Below are positions 1 through 13,567 of a stretch of DNA of 64,000 nt, in pieces. This DNA comes from Raillietiella orientalis (lineage: Eukaryota). Location: NCBI GenBank assembly GCA_036172245.1, contig JAYWIR010000001.1, positions 310,001 through 374,000 of the forward strand. The letters are read 5' to 3'. How positions within the stretch are numbered: the first letter of the stretch is position 1; each line of letters starts with the position of its first letter. The position numbers and the translations under genes were made by a program. Under the pieces are notes generated by a model. It saw only the letters and a list, made by a program, of their open reading frames with translations. It searched no databases and had not been told where the DNA came from.

Positions 1-809
1 AGAAAAGCGCACGAAGGGCTGGAAGTGGGGGGAGGGACGTGCGGACGCTGCTGCCGCAGACATCTCTGGACGCCTCGCCGATTTTGGAATCGCATTCTTC
101 TTCTTCTTCTTCCTTTTCTTTGTTTTGCGAGAACCCGAACGCTGGAGCCGAGCGGGCGGTTCTGTTCCCCAGGAGAAGATCAGCGGCATTTTCGACGACG
201 AATCCGAGCAGAACTGGTTTTCGTGCCGTTCCGAGCCAGGATGACGTCCCGAAATTCGAATTCGGGAGTTCCCTTGGGAGAAAAGGACCCTGGAAGCCCC
301 TAAGGCCACGGGGACTCGCATTCGGTCTGAAGCGCCAAGAGTCGGGGCTGCGAGAAGGGATCCGGTGGTGAAGAAGAGGAAGAGGAGCGCAAGGAGCCAA
401 CAGGTTCGCGACGAAACGATTCGTCCAGACGCGTTGTTTGGGCACCGAATCGATGATCGAGAGGGATCAAAAGCCCCCGGGGACCCCGGCAGCTCTTCGC
501 GCGCTTCGGGTGAGCGAGAAGTGGATCAGCTGAGCGCTCGTGCAAAGGGGAAGCCGGCGCGGCTCCTTTGCTTGTTCCAAGGTCGATCGGCAGCAGACTG
601 CTGCGGACGAGGCGGTCGGTAGCCGGTATGTCGGAAGGAAACACACACGAGCACGAGGACGCGTCACCGTGGACGGGGGAGGGGGTAGGAACCTTGAGAA
701 CCGCGCAGCCGACGGTCCTGAGGAGGAAAGGGGAAGGGAGAACGCAGAGGAATAGGACCAGCGTTTCGACCTCGCTCTTGCACCACCCACAGCCAAATTC
801 CAAAGACGT

Positions 810-1240
810 TGGTTTTCTTCTGCTCCGCTGCTTTCCTACCTGCTTTTTTTTTTGGTTCGCTGAGTGCTGGAGAGCCGTTCGCCTCCTCGGGGAGGAGGGT
901 GAGTCATGGAGCTCTTTGACGCTGTCCACGCCACCCGGGGTGCATGCGACTCTTCTAGTTACAGGGAGTAACACCGTAAAGACCACCCTATGAACCCAGG
1001 AAGGGCTCCGGAATGAATGAGTTCGTTCGCCTTGCTCTTGGTAGAAAAGATCCCGGGGAAACCAACAGATCCTGGTTTCCTCCTCTGAAGAGAAGAGCCC
1101 CGAAGGCGCGCTCCTTGACACTCTGGAGAGGTGACCCCCAGAGGTGACCAGCTCCACGGCTCCATTTTCACAGCCAGAGCAAAACCAGGAGGGACCCCGG
1201 AGGGTTGTCTTCCAAATTCCGGCCGGCCAACGGGGGCGTC
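810..1240 (-). mobile_element. Dispersed repeat copy A (probable LINE endonuclease-RT linker)
   Basis: Homologous to the 19.5, 26.4, 43.8 and 46.6 kb copies (tttttttggttc, ctgtccacgcc and ccagctcca blocks). GIWKTTL resembles the endonuclease C-terminal GxWKLN. Confidence 0.65.
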
Positions 1241-4200
1241 GAGCTTCCGCTAGGACAACCAGCGTCATCTTCCCGGAGGAAGACTCGAGACCACAACGAC
1301 GCGCCCCCCCGTTCTTGGCGTCGATGCTTCTCCGGACGGGATTAGAACCCGTGAACGCTGGGTGCCGCTCACGCGGTCTTCCTCGCGTTTGGCGTTTGTT
1401 CCCATGGCTTCTTGTGCCGCACTTCCTGGAGGTGGCGTCTTGCTGAACGCCGTGCTTGTGGGACTTCAGAAAGCGTCGGCCGGCCGCACCAGGGAAGGGC
1501 TGAAACTGGGAGAGATGCTTATAAGATGCGGCGGTCGACCCTGCTCCGATCTTCACCGTGATGTCCCCGCCCTCCCCCCACCTCCGGAGAAGGGGGTGAG
1601 AGGCGACGACGAGGAGGAGGAGGAGAAGGAAGGGGCAAGCGGACTGCAGTTTCTCCGTGCGCTGCTCCTGCTTGGAAGCTGAGGTTCCTCCTCCGGAGAG
1701 CGTCTCCCCCGTCATCCGTGACGCGGCACGGTCGTCGTGTACGCCGGTGTGGAGTGCGGACCACACCCGAAGGCAAGGTGAACTGCCGCCGCCGCGCGCG
1801 CCGCCACACGCACAAGCGCGCGACGATGCTCCATGGCGGTGACCTCCCCCACGAGGCCGCTGCGGACCTGCCCTCTGCAGCTTTCCAGAGCTGGGGACAG
1901 CATCCCACTCCGGGTCAGTTCGCTGTCGGGAAAAGAGCGACTTCCTTCTCCTGGCCACGGGCGAAGAGCGCGCGCCTCACTGGACTTCGGGACGCCCGCG
2001 AGTTGAACTCCCGCGCGCCGAATCCGGGCGTTGGCCAGAAGGCCTCTGGATGCCCTACGGAGGGAAGGGAGGTGCGAGCAGGACGCTCGAGGAGGGGGAA
2101 ACCCCAACACGGAGTCTTCGGTGGAGTGAACTCAGGGCGCGCACCTCTGGTGGTGCGGGGGAGGGGGACGAAGATGGCCTTCCTGCCGAAAAGAATCCCC
2201 TTTGGAAAAGCTCCCGGTTTCCGGCGAAGTGACTGGAGGAAGGATCCACCTCTCCGAGGTGGTCGGAGGTGAATCATCCCCTTCCCCTCTTCCCCACGGC
2301 TCTGTGTTACCAAACGGCGCTTCCCCGCGCGCCCCCTCTGTCCCATGAGACGCACCTTCTGCGAGGGGGTGGCTCCTCCGGCGGTCCTCCCGACAATCGG
2401 AATCCGCCCCGACCCTCGCGAGTCACTCCCGTGTTTCGAGCCCTCAGGGACCACGGCTAGAGACGAGCTCCAGGTCGTCTGGGGGTCTCTCTCCCGGAAT
2501 GAAGAAGCACGCTGGTTCCCGTTCCTTCCTTTTCGAAGCTGGGGGTCCATCGAGAAACGGATGCTGTCACCTTGAAGGTCACTCGCAGAGGTGTGATCGA
2601 GGAACGCTCGAGCGCTGGCGACGGGCGTGCGGACAGGCTGTCTCCGAGATCGCGGAATCCCTGAAGTGCGCGGTCGATTTGTCCCCGCGTGCCGAGTGTT
2701 GCGCAGGCGCGAAATCAGGGAGGCGTCCCACCTGAAGGACTCGTGCAACACGTCTTCCGCGTTGTACGAGCCGCCACTGCACATCCACCTTCAACGCACG
2801 CGTTACTGGCCAACGGGTGGGAGCAGCGTCATGCGCGCGCGCTGGTCGAATTCGGTCGTAGGCTTCGCTGATACTGACCTACAGGTTAATCCCTAGGAGA
2901 AGGGAAAGGTCAAAAACACGCATCCGAAGTTTCGAAACTGCTGGGAGAGTTCACCAGGAAAGGGAAGGTGATGGGAAACTCGGTCGCTGGTCTCATGCGA
3001 GACGGCGGTTGCTTCGGTCGGCTGAAGACAAGAGAGGACATTTCCTGCATCGCCATCCGCCGTGCGATCTTCAGAAGGAAGCTGCTCGCCTTGCGTGGTC
3101 CTCACGGAATCTGCGAGCGGCAGCAGCATCGTTTGGGGACGAGTCTTCTCCCTGAAGGTGGGCATCTGCGTTTTCGGGGAGCGCAGGAACATGCAAGAAC
3201 ATCCTGCCCAGCGCCGGACGCACTCCTTTGTTTGGAAGAAACTCCAAGGATAAGAAAAGCAGTCGCCATTGTCCTCCGGGACCTCTCTACCATGATGTAT
3301 GAAACGAGGGTGAGATAAGAATGGCGAAGAACACGCGTGTGGTGCGTGAAAGAATCCCTGAAGCGAATTTTCCTTTGAAAAGACACAGGCCGCGACCTAC
3401 AGATAAGATCTTTCCCAACGTGGAGGAGAGGATAATGAATGCTATGGATTAGGTTCTTGGATCCCTAGGCATCCCGGAAATCCTTAGTTGAGGACTTCCC
3501 TCGCTCGTTCCAGCTGGCCGAACGACTGCTTTCTGTTGGTAATCCCGCCGTATGTTTCTGATGGACCGGCTTCTCTACCTCTTGCTTCCCAGAGGAATTT
3601 TCTCCCTCTCCACACAGCAGGCAGTAGACGAGTTCTGGTTTTCATAGTTTCCTTCTGTTCCTCCTCACACTCGAAGGACTGCCTTGACCAAAGGATTGGC
3701 TTGGTTGTTCTTGGACGTAGTCACAGTCCCGGTCTTCCCAAGCAACTACTTGCTTCCGATGTCGCCATGGCAGCTCACGGGTTTCCGCTTAAGAGAGTTT
3801 TTGCTGGGCCTTTAGGGATGCCTTCAGCAGTCTTCAGTTCCTCGTAGGAACCCTCTAGCTTGCTTCCTGCATCCTGACTCTTAAAACCTTCTTCTTGCAA
3901 GCCACATGGACAAAGCCTTTCCTCTCTGTAGAAGCTGTGACCCCATCAGCGCTCTGTGGCTATTTGCCTTCTGCTTCAACCATCTAGAAGATTCTTCTCA
4001 ATAAAAGTGCGGCATCCGTGGATTCCCATCCACGAAGATTCGGTTCCGCAAAAGAAAGTCATCATATTGTAGGGATAGGCCGGCCATCTCCGTAGGGGCT
4101 AGAACTCGGGCCGAAAACGGTGGTCAAACCAGGAGGAGGAGGCTTCCTCGCGCCGAAATCGAAGTTGCTGGGATGCTTCCGGAAGAGGGCAAGAAAACGA

Positions 4201-6659
4201 AGGGGCTCGCCGACGTCGCCGTCAAGATCGAAGCCCTCAGCTGGTGCGGCCCTTGGGTTCGCCGACCCTGCTGGACCCGGTGCAGTTGCTGGGTAGATGC
4301 TGCCGCCGTGGGAAGGAACGGTCCTCAGAAAGAGACGGCAGCAACTCGGAACTTCCGTCGACTGTCTCCAGCTCCATGGAGACCTCATCTGGCAACAGTG
4401 ACTGCTGCAGTTTGAGTGGGGAAGCTCAAATCAGCTTGACAGAAGCATTACAGAGCTCTGCTGACCATGAGAAGACCTCTGTTGGGCAGCGGTCGATGGT
4501 TCCACTTTAGACGACAGGAGTCCTTAGAGTACAGAGAGAGTCAGCTGCTGAGAAACTACAAAGGAGATTACATTCCTGCAAGTGTGGCCCTTGGCTATGT
4601 GGTTCTGTCATATCCACGTGGAGTGGGCAGAGGCATCTGATAGAAAAGCCTATAGAGTGGCAGCAGGCATAGAGTGGAACTAGAGAAACGGCTTCCTCCG
4701 CAAAAGTGGATGCCGTTGTGGCTTGGGGCGCCCTCAAGCAGTTCCACCATATTCGCGTGGAATGGGAGGAGGTACCCGATAGGAAAGCTTCTGAGTGGGA
4801 CACTAGAGTGGATAGGGAGCAGGCAGAGGGTGCGGGGCAGAGAGGACAGCAGTCTCTGCGGCGGAAGGAAAGGGCAGATTGGGTTGCACAGGTCATGAAA
4901 AGCTCCCGAATCCGTCGAGGCGGGTGCGCGACGAACGGAGGGAAGCCTCCTCGCCTGCTGAGCCAGGAGTTTTTGCCCCAGGACGTGACCGACAGCCCGG
5001 ATGCTGAGGAGGTGGACGGCTCTTTCGGAGGACCGGCCACACTTCGGTCATGGCCACATACCCTTCGGCGTCGAAGGCGGCGTCGGAGCCGGAGCCGCTT
5101 GCCGGCGTCACCGGTGGCACGCGAGACCACCTTTCTTCCGCATTTCCGTGGGAGCGGCTCTGAGGAGGACGCCCCTGCCTCAGGTCGGGCCCTTCCCGGA
5201 TGACCCTCATCCACTCCGCACCCCTTATCGTCGCCGCTGCTCCTCCGGCCCTCGCTCCCTCGCCTCCATCGATTGTCAGGACCTGATGGGGTCCACACGG
5301 ATCCTTCCGGGACCGACGACCCCATCCCGGTCTCTGCCGACTTTCGCTGCCCGCGATCTGTCGCCAGCCCTTTCTTCTTACGTCCTCCAGAAAGAGCTTG
5401 GGCAGTTCCGGGCGAGTGGAGCTGCCCGTCCGCCCCCACCGTCGGGCGGTCCAGACTCCGACGGATAGCGGGCCGAGGAAGCGAAGCCGCTCGAGGGGGC
5501 AGTCGGGGAAGGCGAGGGTCTCCGCAGGCACTGACTTCGCCCTACGCGGCCCCCCTTTGCCGTCCCGGGGAGGCCCTTCGGAGCTCTCGAGAGCCACCCG
5601 TGGCGCCAACGGCGGCCCACCGACAGGGCTGTCGGTCCTCAGGCGCCCCAGAGGTCACTCCGAGCACTTCCCGCTGGAGGGAGGCGCCGATGACGTCAGA
5701 GAAGGAAGGGTCTGGGGGAAGCCGAACTCGCCAGCCATCCACAGACCAGGCGTCGCGCTGGGTCACGCATACCGCGGTCGCCCGAAACCCTGGGGGCACC
5801 ACGCGTTCGAGTCGGGGCCGCTCTTTGGGGTCGTGCTCGTCGCCATGGCACCCGCCATCCGGGAGGAGCCGTCTCGTTCCTGCGCTCGTCGCCACTGCAT
5901 CCATGGGTTGTACCCGGAGCGCATGTCGGCGGCCCACTGGTGTCTGGTGCGACCACCGCCGACCTTGGCCGAGCCTCAGTAGAGACTGCACTTGCTCTGC
6001 GCGTCATGCCCAGTGGATCGGTCCCGCCTATGGGTGCGCGCGCCACCCCAAGAGTCCTCGCTCCGTCGAGGAGTGCAGAGGGCGCCTTCGCCTCCACTCT
6101 CCCCGTTCAGCATCTCCCGGCACGCACCGGAGAGCAGACAGAGCGGAAGGTAAACCCGGACCGACATCCCGGCAGGACGGTTGGGAGAGGTCAGCTCCTG
6201 CGCCTCCTACGAGGATGGAAATGGTGGGTTGCCCAGGAGACCCCAGGAATCGAGACGGTCTTGCCGGCGGGGGATCTGCCCTGCGAGGAGGAGATCCCAT
6301 TCCCCCCTTCCCCTCCAAGAGGACGGCACCGCAATCGGCAACTCGAACGCGGACACTGCCCCCTCCACCTCCCCCCCCTTGGGCGGGAATCTGCCTTCCT
6401 GCTTCCGCTTTCCTTCCCCTGCCGCCTCCCCTATTCCTGGAAGGCGTGAAGGTCAGAGGTCGATGCCTGAGGGAGCGAGGCCCTCCCGCTGGGGCCATCA
6501 GGCTGCGGTCCGCCTGCCTGCGACTCCCACCGTTCGTTCCCCTCCTCTTCCCTCGCCTCACGGCACGAAGGCATCCGACTCCGGCCACCCTATTGCACCG
6601 GGAGGGATGACTGCGATCTCGTGGACCCGTATCCCGGTAACGCTGGTGGAGATTTGAGG

Positions 6660-7400
6660 GGATCTGACCACATTCAAAATAGAAAAGATAGAGGAATTTT
6701 TGTTTGTGATTTTGAAGCCTTTATTCCGATTCAGAAAGGCAAAGAAGAGTCATCCCAACCATTTTCATATGCTCTTCTTGCTCTGGGAGTTTCCTCTTCC
6801 AGGCCATCCTCTCCGGGAGGATCCCCCGAAGGTCCGCCGAGGACCGCGCCACTGCCTCCCAGACACCGGTCGCTGGGTTGCAGCACGAGAGAGCCACCCC
6901 TTTCCTTCGCTTCCAGGAGCGTGGGTGTCTCCAACGGACACCCACGCTCGTCCTGGAAGCCCCTTGCGCGTCCGGAGTAGCGAGCGATCTCGTGGTCACG
7001 AAGACCCCGGGGCTCGCCGCGTTAGTCCTTCTGCTGAGAAAGGTGTGCACGGCTCCCCCGCGTTCGAGGAACGCACGGCCACGTACGCGCGCTGCTCCGT
7101 CCGAAACCCCCCGGACCGACGCGCGCGGCGCGAACGGGCAGATTCCCAAGCTCATCAGGCGCGTGCCGATTCCCGGGGCACCTTCGAGTTCTCCCCCCTT
7201 GCCCTGCGCACCAACTCCGCACCACCGCCGTCCCGGATGCGGCTGACGCGGTTGCGGAACACATGCGAGAGCGCGGCACGAGTTGCGCGGAGTCGTATGG
7301 CTGGACCGCCGCCGCTGCTTTGCAACGAGGGGTTTTCGGTTACCTTGCCCGAGAAGGGCAACTGCGGCTCCGTCAGCACCACAGGCACCCTGCGGTCTCC
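6660..7400 (-). mobile_element. Highly decayed LINE endonuclease/linker remnant
   Basis: HTFLSRRTNAASPGVFVT followed by TGVWEA and a linker-like segment. Weak motif resemblance only. Confidence 0.3.
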
Positions 7401-8550
7401 GAGGCTCGCTCTGCGGTGATCCGCTGGCGCGCGCTCGTAAAGAAGACAAACCGGTAGAGACGGCAAAAACACGTGACTAGCTTTCGTAGCAGCACGCGAG
7501 AATCCCAAATGCGTTTCTATGCAAACGCATTTGCACTCCCTTCAAAGGAATCGGAGGCATCCCCAGAAATGATGAACAGCCACGCTGGGGAAAACAAAAA
7601 CAGGTACGGGAGGGAAAGATGACGTGGAGCACTTGCGCCGGAGTTCTGCATCCGAAGACAGCAGCACATCGGACGCACGCGTTTGAAACCGGGGAGGGGG
7701 GGCAGAAAAAGCCTGCCAAGCAAGCAAGTGCACGACTTGAACAATTAATCCCCGCCTAATTGGTTTCCCTGGCGACGCGCGCAAACAGTAACAATGGAAT
7801 CGGAAGGCGGTTACCAAGTTCTCTTCCTATTTATAATAATAAACCGCGCACCCTGCCATTTCTCTCTCTCTCTCTCTCTCTCTGGAAGCGCATCTGAATC
7901 CAACGCAATTTTCGAGGAGAAAGACGGGAAGAAGGAGAGGAAGAAAAGAAAAGAAAAAAAAAATGGTGCAGCTCTGTCTCCGTCCTATTTTTTCCGAAGC
8001 CGTGTGCCCGAAAAGCGCAAGTCGCAGTCGTCAGCGAAGGCGTGGAGCGAACGGAACGAAAGCAGGGAACCGAAGATGAAGAAGACGTGAGGGGTTCCCG
8101 TTAACTGCTTCATAATTCATTAGGGAAGCTCGCACCTGAACCTTGCGAAGTTTCAGGAACGGCAGTAATCCTCATTTGGAAGAGCGGGTGCTTGCGGAGC
8201 GATTCACTTTTCCCTACGAACGCGGTGTGTCGCTCATCATCGCAGCTCTGGGAACGGAGACTCCGGTCTTTTCCTCTAAAGTGCTCAGCTCGTTTCACTC
8301 TTTAAGATACTGGCCGCCGCGTTCGAGGGCCTTGGGAGCCGGCGGAGAGCATCCCGCGCTTGCGGAAAGACGCGTCTCCTCTTGCGCGCAGCTTTGCAAC
8401 CCTTTCCTTGTGCCGCATGCCAGCGGCCGCAGGAGTTTTCAGGAACCTCGGCGTTTCCTTTTCTACATCTCTTTTCCCGTCTTCCGCTTCGCCTTTCGGA
8501 ACGGATTGCTGTTTCTTTTTTTTTTTCCAACCTGCTTCAGGGGGGTGGCT

Positions 8551-8607
8551 AACAATGGACATCTCTCGCCAACAATGGACATCTCTCGCCAACAATGGAC
8601 ATCTCTC
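8551..8607 (+). repeat. 20-bp tandem repeat (AACAATGGACATCTCTCGCC x2.85)
   Basis: Perfect copies seen directly in the sequence. Confidence 0.95.
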
Positions 8608-11572
8608 CATGGTTACCTGAGGGTCATTTCCGCGAGTGCCGCGCTAAGTAGCAGCTCCATGACGATTGCGGTAGCGGCGGCGACACTTTCCAACGGGGTG
8701 ACCTCCCAGAGTTTCAGCAAGGAAGAGGGCGAGGAAGCCAACGATGCAGATTCCGCGTTCCGCGCGGAGAGAGGGAAGGGATGCTGAAATATGCATTCTC
8801 CGTGGCTCGACGCGCGCGCGGGCAACGCGAAAAAGGGGACTGCTTCCGGAGGCGCAGGGCAGTGTACCAACAAAAAAGCACTACCACCTGATAGGCGCGG
8901 CGCTCCGACGCTCGCCGGGACGTTTATGGTCCGTGAAGAATGAGTCCTCGCCGCCGCAAAAACAAAGGAATAATGGCGCAGTTGTACCTGTGGCGTCCCT
9001 CTGCGGTGCCCCCTCTCCCCACCCACTTTCTGCAGCAAACTTATGATTGCTGTGGGAGCGCTAGGGTACTATATGGCTACTTGCGTGCGGAGAAGCTGGA
9101 AGTTTCCGCAGGAAGGCGACGGAGAAGTCAGTCAGTCTTCTGCGCTTTATTTTATTTTATTTTTCATTCAGATTCAAAAAGAAAGTTGGAGGGCGGGTCG
9201 GAAACCGTTTTTTTTTTTTTTTCACTCGCAGCCACTTCCGAGCGCGGACTGATGCGAAGGAACGTGCGCTCATGCACGTGCCAACGCGCACGCGCGCAAA
9301 CAAAAAAAGGGGGGAGAGGAAGGCGCGCGCCTCTTGAGGCAGGGAAACACTTGGGAAGCCGCGCGCGGTTCGTTGCGCCCGAGCCACCACCTGACACGAG
9401 CGCGAGAATTCCACAGTTCATTTACCTCCTTGCATAGGAAAAGGGGGCAAGGAGGAGGGGGGGGGGATTTCCTCGGCAAGGATGCGGGAAAGAACGAGGA
9501 GGAGGATGGAGGGCAGCAGACAGGACCACGTGTGCCATGCTGGGCGCTCTGGGATCCAGCGAATGCTCTGGAGCTAAGGGGGTCTCGGACGGGTCTGCTG
9601 GGCCTTTCGCGATGCTGCCGCATCCCGCAGTCGTCAAGGCGGGTCGCCTGGCGACCCGCTCTCACCCTCGTCAAAGTTGACCTCCGTTGGCGCGACTATA
9701 GCGCGCCTTCCTGCAGCCCCCACGCACGTTCGGACGGGGCGAGGCGGAGGGACAGCGAGCAGTTGCCCTTCCGCTTAGGGTGGCGGCAGCTTCATCCCAG
9801 GCGGGACGCGCCTGTCCCTCCCTGCCCTCAGCGTGTAAGGAAAGGAGAGGGGTGGGCGGGTGGTCTCGGAGGGATCGCACACGTTCCTCCTGGCTTGCGG
9901 GGAAGAACAGGAAAGGGAGGAGGAACAACGGCGATAACGGAGGAGACGCCTTCAGGGCCTGAGGACCGGCCGTAGGCCTGCTGGACAGGCGGGAGCAGCA
10001 CCGCCTCTTCCTGCCCCTTCTGATCCCTGCCCTCCTCCCCTGAGCAGCGTCTCCCTGCGGTTCCTCCGCTCCACAAATGCTGCACCCCTCTTACTGGGTT
10101 CGCGGCACTTCCGAGGACCCAGGGAGCGGGAATAGGAGCTCAGAGCCTGTGGCGAAAGTCTACCGCTCTTTAAGCAGCTGCCCGTGCACGCATCTCTTCT
10201 ACGGGCCGTGAAAACTCGATGGAAACGACCTCGACCGTCCGCTGCTTCCCCGTTGGGAGCAACTCATCCTGCCTGTCCTCCGGAGAGGCGAGGGTGGCCC
10301 CTTCCGTAAGGAGGCTCGTCTCCAGGGCGAAGCCGGGGAAACGCAGGAGGCGACGACCGGTGCCGCGCTGCCCACGAGTGAACCCCGGGGAAGCGCTGGC
10401 GGTCACCTCGAGACGGAGACCTCGGCAGCAGCGGTGCCTGGTCGGCCGGTGCCAATGCAGCGCAGAAGAGATGAAAGGCAAACACAGCGAGACGAAAAGA
10501 GAGGGGAAAACAAGTCCCCGCCCCGTTATTCCCAGAAGCGAGCCCTAGAGGGAGCGGAGTATCCGCTCCTTGCGGGACCGGCCCTGCTCGCCACCGCCGC
10601 TCCTCTCCTCTCCTGGAACGTCCGCCACGAGACCTCAGCCAGCGAGCGCCGCCGCCAGGCGATCCCCCTCACCCCCAACGCCTCACCGGCAGAGGCCGGG
10701 AGGCGAAGCAGGAGTAGGAGAGAAGCGGAGGAGCTGGTCGGCTCGTTCCCCAAAGGGTGGCGGATATCGCCAGCGCTCCGGAGGTCGGAGGGTTTCGCAG
10801 GGCGGAGGAGGACAGGAAGCAGCTGCCGCCGCATCGCCCTCTCCCAAGAAGCTTCCCGGTGGAAGCCGAGGAAAGGGGGAGACGGATACGCGGCTCCCCT
10901 CCTTCCGGTCGGTGCCCGCTCGACGGCGAGCACCGCGCGCGCCTACTCTCTTTGCCGCGGCGGCTGCACACCTGCGGAAGGGTTGAGCTGGAACCGCCGG
11001 AAGGAAGTCGTGAAGGAAGAGGGAGAGCTGTGAATGAGGTGAGGACCGTTCGAACGGACGCTCCCGGCCTTCACCCTAGGGCAGACCCCCCTCCCCCTTC
11101 CCCGAACTTTTCCAGAACGAAGGAACTGCCTAGATTCCCTGCTCCTGCTCTTTCGAGCAGCAGTGCTCCCCGATTTTTCCTTTCCTTTTTTTTTTTTTTC
11201 CCGCGGGAGGTAACCAAGGTTACGCACGCGGACGAAGGCGAGCCGTCGTCAAGTTTGGTTACCTCGCGAACTTGGAGCGTCCAGCGTAATGATCTTGCCG
11301 TTCATGGAGGGCGGCGTTTGGGTGGCGGAAGCGGGGTCGGGGAGTTGGGTCTGGGGGTGAAAGCGAGCCCCTCCCCCCACACGGGGGCCGGCGGCAGTGA
11401 AACGAGCGACGCGCCTCGGCCGTTCGGTCCGGTTTCCGCGCATGTGCGTTGCGTCTCCGCCGGGCGCTGCTCCGAGCGCTCGCGCGCAGCGCTGCCTCGC
11501 GGCTCTCGGCGCAGGCGACTGGGCCGTGGGAAGAGGCGGGGAAGAGCGGTGGCGACCTCAGTACGGTTCGGC

Positions 11573-11593
11573 ATGCGAGTGAAGGTGGAGCGG
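11573..11593 (+). CDS. RAP1GAP: Rap1GAP putative first coding exon (MRVKVER)
   Basis: ATG followed by 6 codons and a GTGAGT donor. A 67-bp intron joins it in phase 0 to the next exon. The true start could lie further upstream. Confidence 0.55.
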
Positions 11594-11660
11594 GTGAGTG
11601 CGCGGCACCGGGCCCGCGCCTCGGGGCCGCGTCGCCTTTCGTAACGCCCTGCTGTTCCAG

Positions 11661-11933
11661 GTGACCCGGGAGAGAACGAAGGATGAAAGCTGCCCGTCCC
11701 CTCATCCGCACAAGCGTTCCCCCCCGCACGTGCTCCTACAGGAGATCCTGTCCCACATGGGGCCTCACCCCATGGTCGTGTGTCCCCCGGAAGGCGGATA
11801 TTGGATCGACGGCAGCGACAACGACTGCCTGACGGACAGCCACGGCAACCCGCTCGTCCCCAGCCCCACCTGGAAGGCCAAGTTCGAGACCGACGACACC
11901 GCGCAGTGCTACAGGAGGCACTTCCTGAGGAAG
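11661..11933 (+). CDS. RAP1GAP: Rap1GAP exon 2
   Basis: ttccag acceptor, GTGAGT donor. Encodes ...GPHPMVVCPPEGGYWIDG...KFETDDTAQCYRRHFLRK, matching the Rap1GAP N-terminal region (GGYWI, YRxHFL motifs). Confidence 0.93.
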
Positions 11934-13384
11934 GTGAGTCGCTCCCCCGATCCTCTCGGGGAGCAGCCCCTCCCCGCGTCCTTTCCTTGCTCTTTCGCGT
12001 ACCCTGCCCAGGCTTCCTGCCGAGAGCGCGAGTGCGTTGTCGCGACCTGGTGGGACGGACAGGTGCGACCCGAATTTCTCTTCCTTTCGTCTCTTCCCCC
12101 CCTCCCTCCTTCTCTTCTTCCTCCTCCTCCTCCACCACCCGTGCAGGAAACTGCCGCCGCCGCGTCGGCGGGCAAGCCGTTTCCCTCTCTCTGTCGGGGT
12201 TGCCCCGGCAACGGCGGCGAATGATCCTTTTTTCCCGTGCGCACTTTCTCCTCCTTTGTCCCGCCGTGCACGCATCCGCCGGCACCCTTCGCGCGCGCGC
12301 CTTTGGCGGTTCCCGAAGGCGACCGACCGTCGCAGCTGCCTCTTCCTGGGACGCCGCTCGCTTGGGGGCGCAGCCTTCCGTCAGGACGTCCTTACCTGGG
12401 AGGGGAGGGGGGCCAGTAGTTCGCTTTGGCGTTGGGGAGAGGTCCATGCTGCGGGACATCACAGTGTGTGTGTGGGGGGGGGGGAAGGGGGGGGACTATC
12501 CAGGCGCGCTGCACCCTCTGTCCTCTGGTCGCTGCCCTTTGTTTTCGCAGTGGCCGCCGATCGCTCCGCGCGCCCCCCTTGGCGGCGTTACTTCCGTGCG
12601 CTTCGGCTTCCGCGTGGCATCGCGGGTGAGATCGCGCGCGCGCCCTCACGCCACGCACTGGGCGCTGCCGCTTCCGTTCCTCCAGCGGAACGCTCAGCGT
12701 CTGCACACGTGCCCCTGCGTTCCGTGCGCGGGCCTCGTCGTTCTTTGCGTGAGGCGTGACGCCCGAGCGCAGCGTCGCGTGATGCTCCCGGCACCGGGGG
12801 CGGCCACAGCAGCGGCAGCAGAGGCAACGGCGGCGTCTTTTCGCTGGTCGCCGCGAGGTGCGCCGTTCCGCTCCGATCCTCGCGGCGAGGGGAGCGAGAG
12901 CCGAGCAACGCAAGATGGCCGCTGCCGCACCTCCCCCCCCCTTCCCTCTCCCCCTCCTTTTTTGATGGGTGTTCGCGTCCGGCGTGCGTGTGCGTGCGTG
13001 CACGCATGCGCGTCGGTGTTTGTCCGCCTCTCTTCCCCCCGACTCCCCATGGACGGCAGGCGCTCGCACCCCTCCTGGCGTGGTTCCCGAGGCCACGTTT
13101 CCGAGGGAGGGAGAAGTTCGCCGCCTCCGGGTGTCGCCGTTGCGCAACGGCGAGCCCTGCCCGCCCGCAGGGGCGCCGCTCGGTGTGGCGAGAGGGGCGA
13201 AAGAGCGAAACGCAGCCCGCTCACCCGACAACCTCTTTTCCCAGCCCCTCTTGGAGTCGGGCGGCAACCTGCCGGGGGGAAACGGGCTGGTCACAACTGG
13301 CGCGCGCGCCCTCGCGTCACCCCTGCCTCCTCCGGCGTCAGCGCAGCGTTCTTCTGCCTTTCATCTCCTTCCCTCCTCTCCCAG

Positions 13385-13567
13385 GAACACTACGACTTCC
13401 TGGGCACCGATGAGGTCCACGGCGCCGTGCTGCTTTCCCTCAAGACCGAGGTCTTATCAGGTCAGGTATACATGAGAACGGTACTCCGCGTGAGTACGGG
13501 AACGGTCCACGAACTCATCCTTGCTGACAGCCTCGGAGAGACTCCCACTCCAGGAAAGATAGCACGG
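13385..13567 (+). CDS. RAP1GAP: Rap1GAP exon 3
   Basis: cccag acceptor, GTAAGG donor, phase 0/0. Encodes EHYDFLGTDEVHGAVLLSLKTE...TPTPGKIAR (dimerisation region). Confidence 0.92.

Noticed and set aside
300-1958. 552-aa ORF, and other long ORFs such as 5273-6610, 16249-17646 and 21308-22630
   Set aside because: Low-complexity composition, overlapping ORFs in many frames and no intact domain. Partly decayed LINE sequence.
8551-8607. CRISPR-like array
   Set aside because: The repeats are contiguous with no spacers, the context is eukaryotic, and there are no cas genes.
12391-12407. CTTACCTGGGAGGGGAG resembling the U1 snRNA 5' end
   Set aside because: Too short, with no downstream U1 sequence. 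Equally explained as the complement of a splice-donor-like sequence.
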